From contig NIVC01002851.1 of assembly GCA_002269645.1 (NCBI GenBank), positions 1-64,000 of the forward strand: a stretch of DNA of 64,000 nucleotides. The letters are read 5' to 3'. Under the pieces are notes generated by a model. That model made no database searches. It saw only the letters and a list, made by a program, of their open reading frames with translations, and was not told the DNA's origin. Below, one piece after another: positions 61,601 to 64,000 of the stretch (the first letter of the stretch is position 1; every line of letters starts with the position of its first letter). Source of the DNA: Macrostomum lignano. Its lineage: Eukaryota. Position numbers and translations under genes: made by a program.

Positions 61601-64000
61601 ATGCCGCCCTGGTGCGCTCGGCCGAGAATGGACAGCCTGTCCGAGTTATTCGGGGTTATAAGTTGCGCAGCGAGTTTGCCCCACCTGAAGGCTATTATAG
61701 GTGAGGAATTATCCCGCCTGCTTGATTCTTCCCATTTCCCAACTACATGATTTTATCTTTATCCCCAATTATCCCAACTATATGGTTCTTCCCATTATGC
61801 CCAATTATCCCAGCTACATGATTTTTCTTATTATCGCCAATTATCCCAGCTACATGATTTTTCTTATTATCCCTAATTATCCCAACTACATGATTTTTTC
61901 CATAATCCTCATTCCCCAATTATCTTAACTGCTTGATTCTTCCCATTATTGGCAATTATCCCAGCTACATGATTTTTCTTATTATCGCCAGTTATCCCAG
62001 CTACATGATTTTTTCCATAATCCTCATTCCCCAATTATCTTAACTGCTTGATTCTTCCCATTATTGGCAATTATCCCAGCTACATGATTTTTCTTATTAT
62101 CGCCAATTATCCCAGCTACATGATTTTTCCCATTATCCCCAATTATCCCAACTACATTGTTCTTCCCATTATGCCCAATTATCCCAACTACATGATTTTT
62201 CCCATTATCTCTAATCATCCCAACTGCTTGATTCTTCCCATAATCTCCAATTATCCCAACTACAAAGATTCTTCTCATTATCCCTAATTATCTGAACTGC
62301 TTGATTTTTCCCATTATCCCCAACTGTTCCTTTATCCATAATTATCCTAAAAGCACAGTTGTCACAATAATCAAACCAAATATTCATATCTCCCCAATTA
62401 TCCCATCATATTAGTTTCCCTTTCTTAACAATACATGTAAAGTATCTCATGAATGAGCAAAGCATTATTTAATCCCAAATCGCAGATACGACGGTCTTTA
62501 CAGAGTAGAGAAATGGTGGTACACCACCGGCATGGCGGGTTTCGGCGTCTACAAGTTTGCGTTCAAGCGCCTGCCAGATCAGGCGCCGGCGCCATGGGAA
62601 GAAGCTGCGGCCGAACCGGTTGTGTACAACTTCCGGACAGACTATCGACCCGAAGAGGAGGAACCATCAGCTGCTGTCGCCACCGATGCCGACGAAAACA
62701 CGGCTGTACCCCCAACCGATAATAATGCTACTACTAATAGTAGCTGCGTCCAAGAAGAGGAATCGTCAAAGAAAACTGACGAGAAACGACGGGGTCGTAA
62801 AAAGAAATCGACAAGTAAAACAAATGACGCCGGATTGGCGGTCCCTGGCGGGGCTCCAGTTGAATTGGACTACGAAGCCGTGTTGTCCGGCCAGATTGAC
62901 GTTGGCGGCGGGACTGCCGACTGCGAGGCTGATGGAAAGAAAAAATCCGGACAGAATGGTAAAATTATGAGGATTACGTCAGTTGGTCAGTGATAGTAGT
63001 AGCAGTTCACTGCAATTGCATAACAATTGGTTACCTAGCAGCATAGCAACAGGTTACCAAGCTGCATAGCAACGGGTTACCTAGTTGCATAGCAACTGTT
63101 TACATAACTGCATAGCAACAGGTTACCAAGCTGCATAGCAACAGGTTACCAAGCTGCATAGCAACAGGTTACCAAGCTGCATAGCAACAGGTTACCAAGC
63201 GGCATAGCAACAGGTTACCAAGCTACATAGCAACGGGTTATCAAGCTGCATAGCAACTGTTTACATAACTGCTTAGAAACAGGTTACCAAGCTGCATAGC
63301 AACGGGTTACCTAGTTGCATAGCAACTGTTTACATAACTGCATAGCAACAGGTTACCAAGCTGCATAGCAACAGGTTACCAAGCTGCATAGCAACAGGTT
63401 ACCAAGCGGCATAGCAACAGGTTACCAAGCTGCATAGCAACAGGTTACCAAGCTGCATAGCAACAGGTTACCAAGCGGCATAGCAACAGGTTACCAAGCG
63501 GCATAGCAACAGGTTACCAAGCTACATAGCAACGGGTTATCAAGCTGCATAGCAACTGTTTACATAACTGCTTAGAAACAAGTTACCAAGCGGCATAGCA
63601 ACAGGTTACCAAGCTGCATAGCAACAGGTTACCAAGCGGCATAGCAACAGGTTACCAAGCTGCATAGCAACGGTTTACCTAGTTGCATAGCAATGGCTTT
63701 CCTAGTTGCATAGCAACGGGTTACCTAGTTGCATAGAAACGTTTTATCAAGCCGCATAGCAACTGTTTGCATAGCTGCATAGCAACTGGTTACCCAGCAG
63801 CATAGAAATACCAATCAGGCAATACTGATCAGGTTCTTACACGCATAGCAACTTTAAAATTTAATTCAAGATCCCAACAACGATCTCGAGCCGCCCGCCA
63901 CCGTTGCCGCTGATGGCATCGCCGAGAAGAAGCGTCGCGGAGGTCGCAAATCGAAGGCAGCAGCAACAGCAGCAGTTCCCACAGAACCGTTGCCAAGCCA
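58682..64000 (+). CDS. SRA/YDG-domain protein (UHRF1/ORTHRUS-like SRA without Ubl/Tudor/PHD N-terminus); runs off the window end
   Basis: Exons 58682-59177, 61235-61700, 62486-62958 and 63871 to the end, all in frame (phases 1,2,1). SRA motifs YGAIAGVAVG, GLHRPTVAGIHG, SIALSGGYEDDIDLG..FTYTGEGGRDL, DQAL, PVRVIRG, APPEG.YRYDGLY, YKFAFKR. Acidic and basic low-complexity flanks. Confidence 0.88.
59320..61140. repeat. 27-bp minisatellite (gtgtgaatcttatagatttgtgaccta), SRA gene intron 1
   Basis: About 65 near-identical units with two alternating variants; the source of the 576-aa minus-strand IRFTLGHKS ORF. Confidence 0.97.
61710..62410. repeat. Degenerate about 36-39-bp minisatellite (ttcccattatccccaattatcccaactacatgatt), SRA gene intron 2
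   Basis: Visible degenerate array. Confidence 0.85.
63010..63800. repeat. 23-bp minisatellite (gcatagcaacaggttaccaagct), SRA gene intron 3
   Basis: Visible array between donor 62959 and acceptor 63870. Confidence 0.92.

Overview
Eukaryotic (metazoan, invertebrate-like) genomic DNA with spliceosomal introns. The AT-rich introns filled with private minisatellites resemble free-living flatworm (Macrostomum-type) assemblies, but the host is an inference. I reconstructed gene models by hand from GT/GC-AG signals and codon phase, all on the + strand: (1) a 4-exon, about 1859-aa ZNFX1-like UPF1-family helicase with NF-X1 zinc fingers, fused to a C-terminal tankyrase-like PARP/ART domain that keeps the H-Y-E triad (7655-14194); (2) three CUB + C-type-lectin + TM receptor genes (26275-29572, 35864-39919, 40932-52085); (3) MetAP1 (31861-34399); (4) COA5 (53285-53584); (5) ALG13 with a GC-AG intron (55257-57703); (6) a stand-alone SRA/YDG protein with a CDCA7-like N-terminal helix (58682 to the window end). 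Mobile DNA includes a 2.2-kb solo LTR with a 4-bp TSD, two more LTR-like segments, decayed Gypsy elements, a mariner remnant with a nested SINE and MITE, two tRNA-SINE types and several MITEs. Most long ORFs in the supplied track are artefacts of stop-free tandem repeats. Best leads: the ZNFX1-PARP fusion, the SRA-only protein, a possible bicistronic or operon-like COA5-ALG13 unit, exons bracketed by inverted repeat arrays, and a bZIP-site-rich LTR upstream of the ZNFX1-PARP gene.
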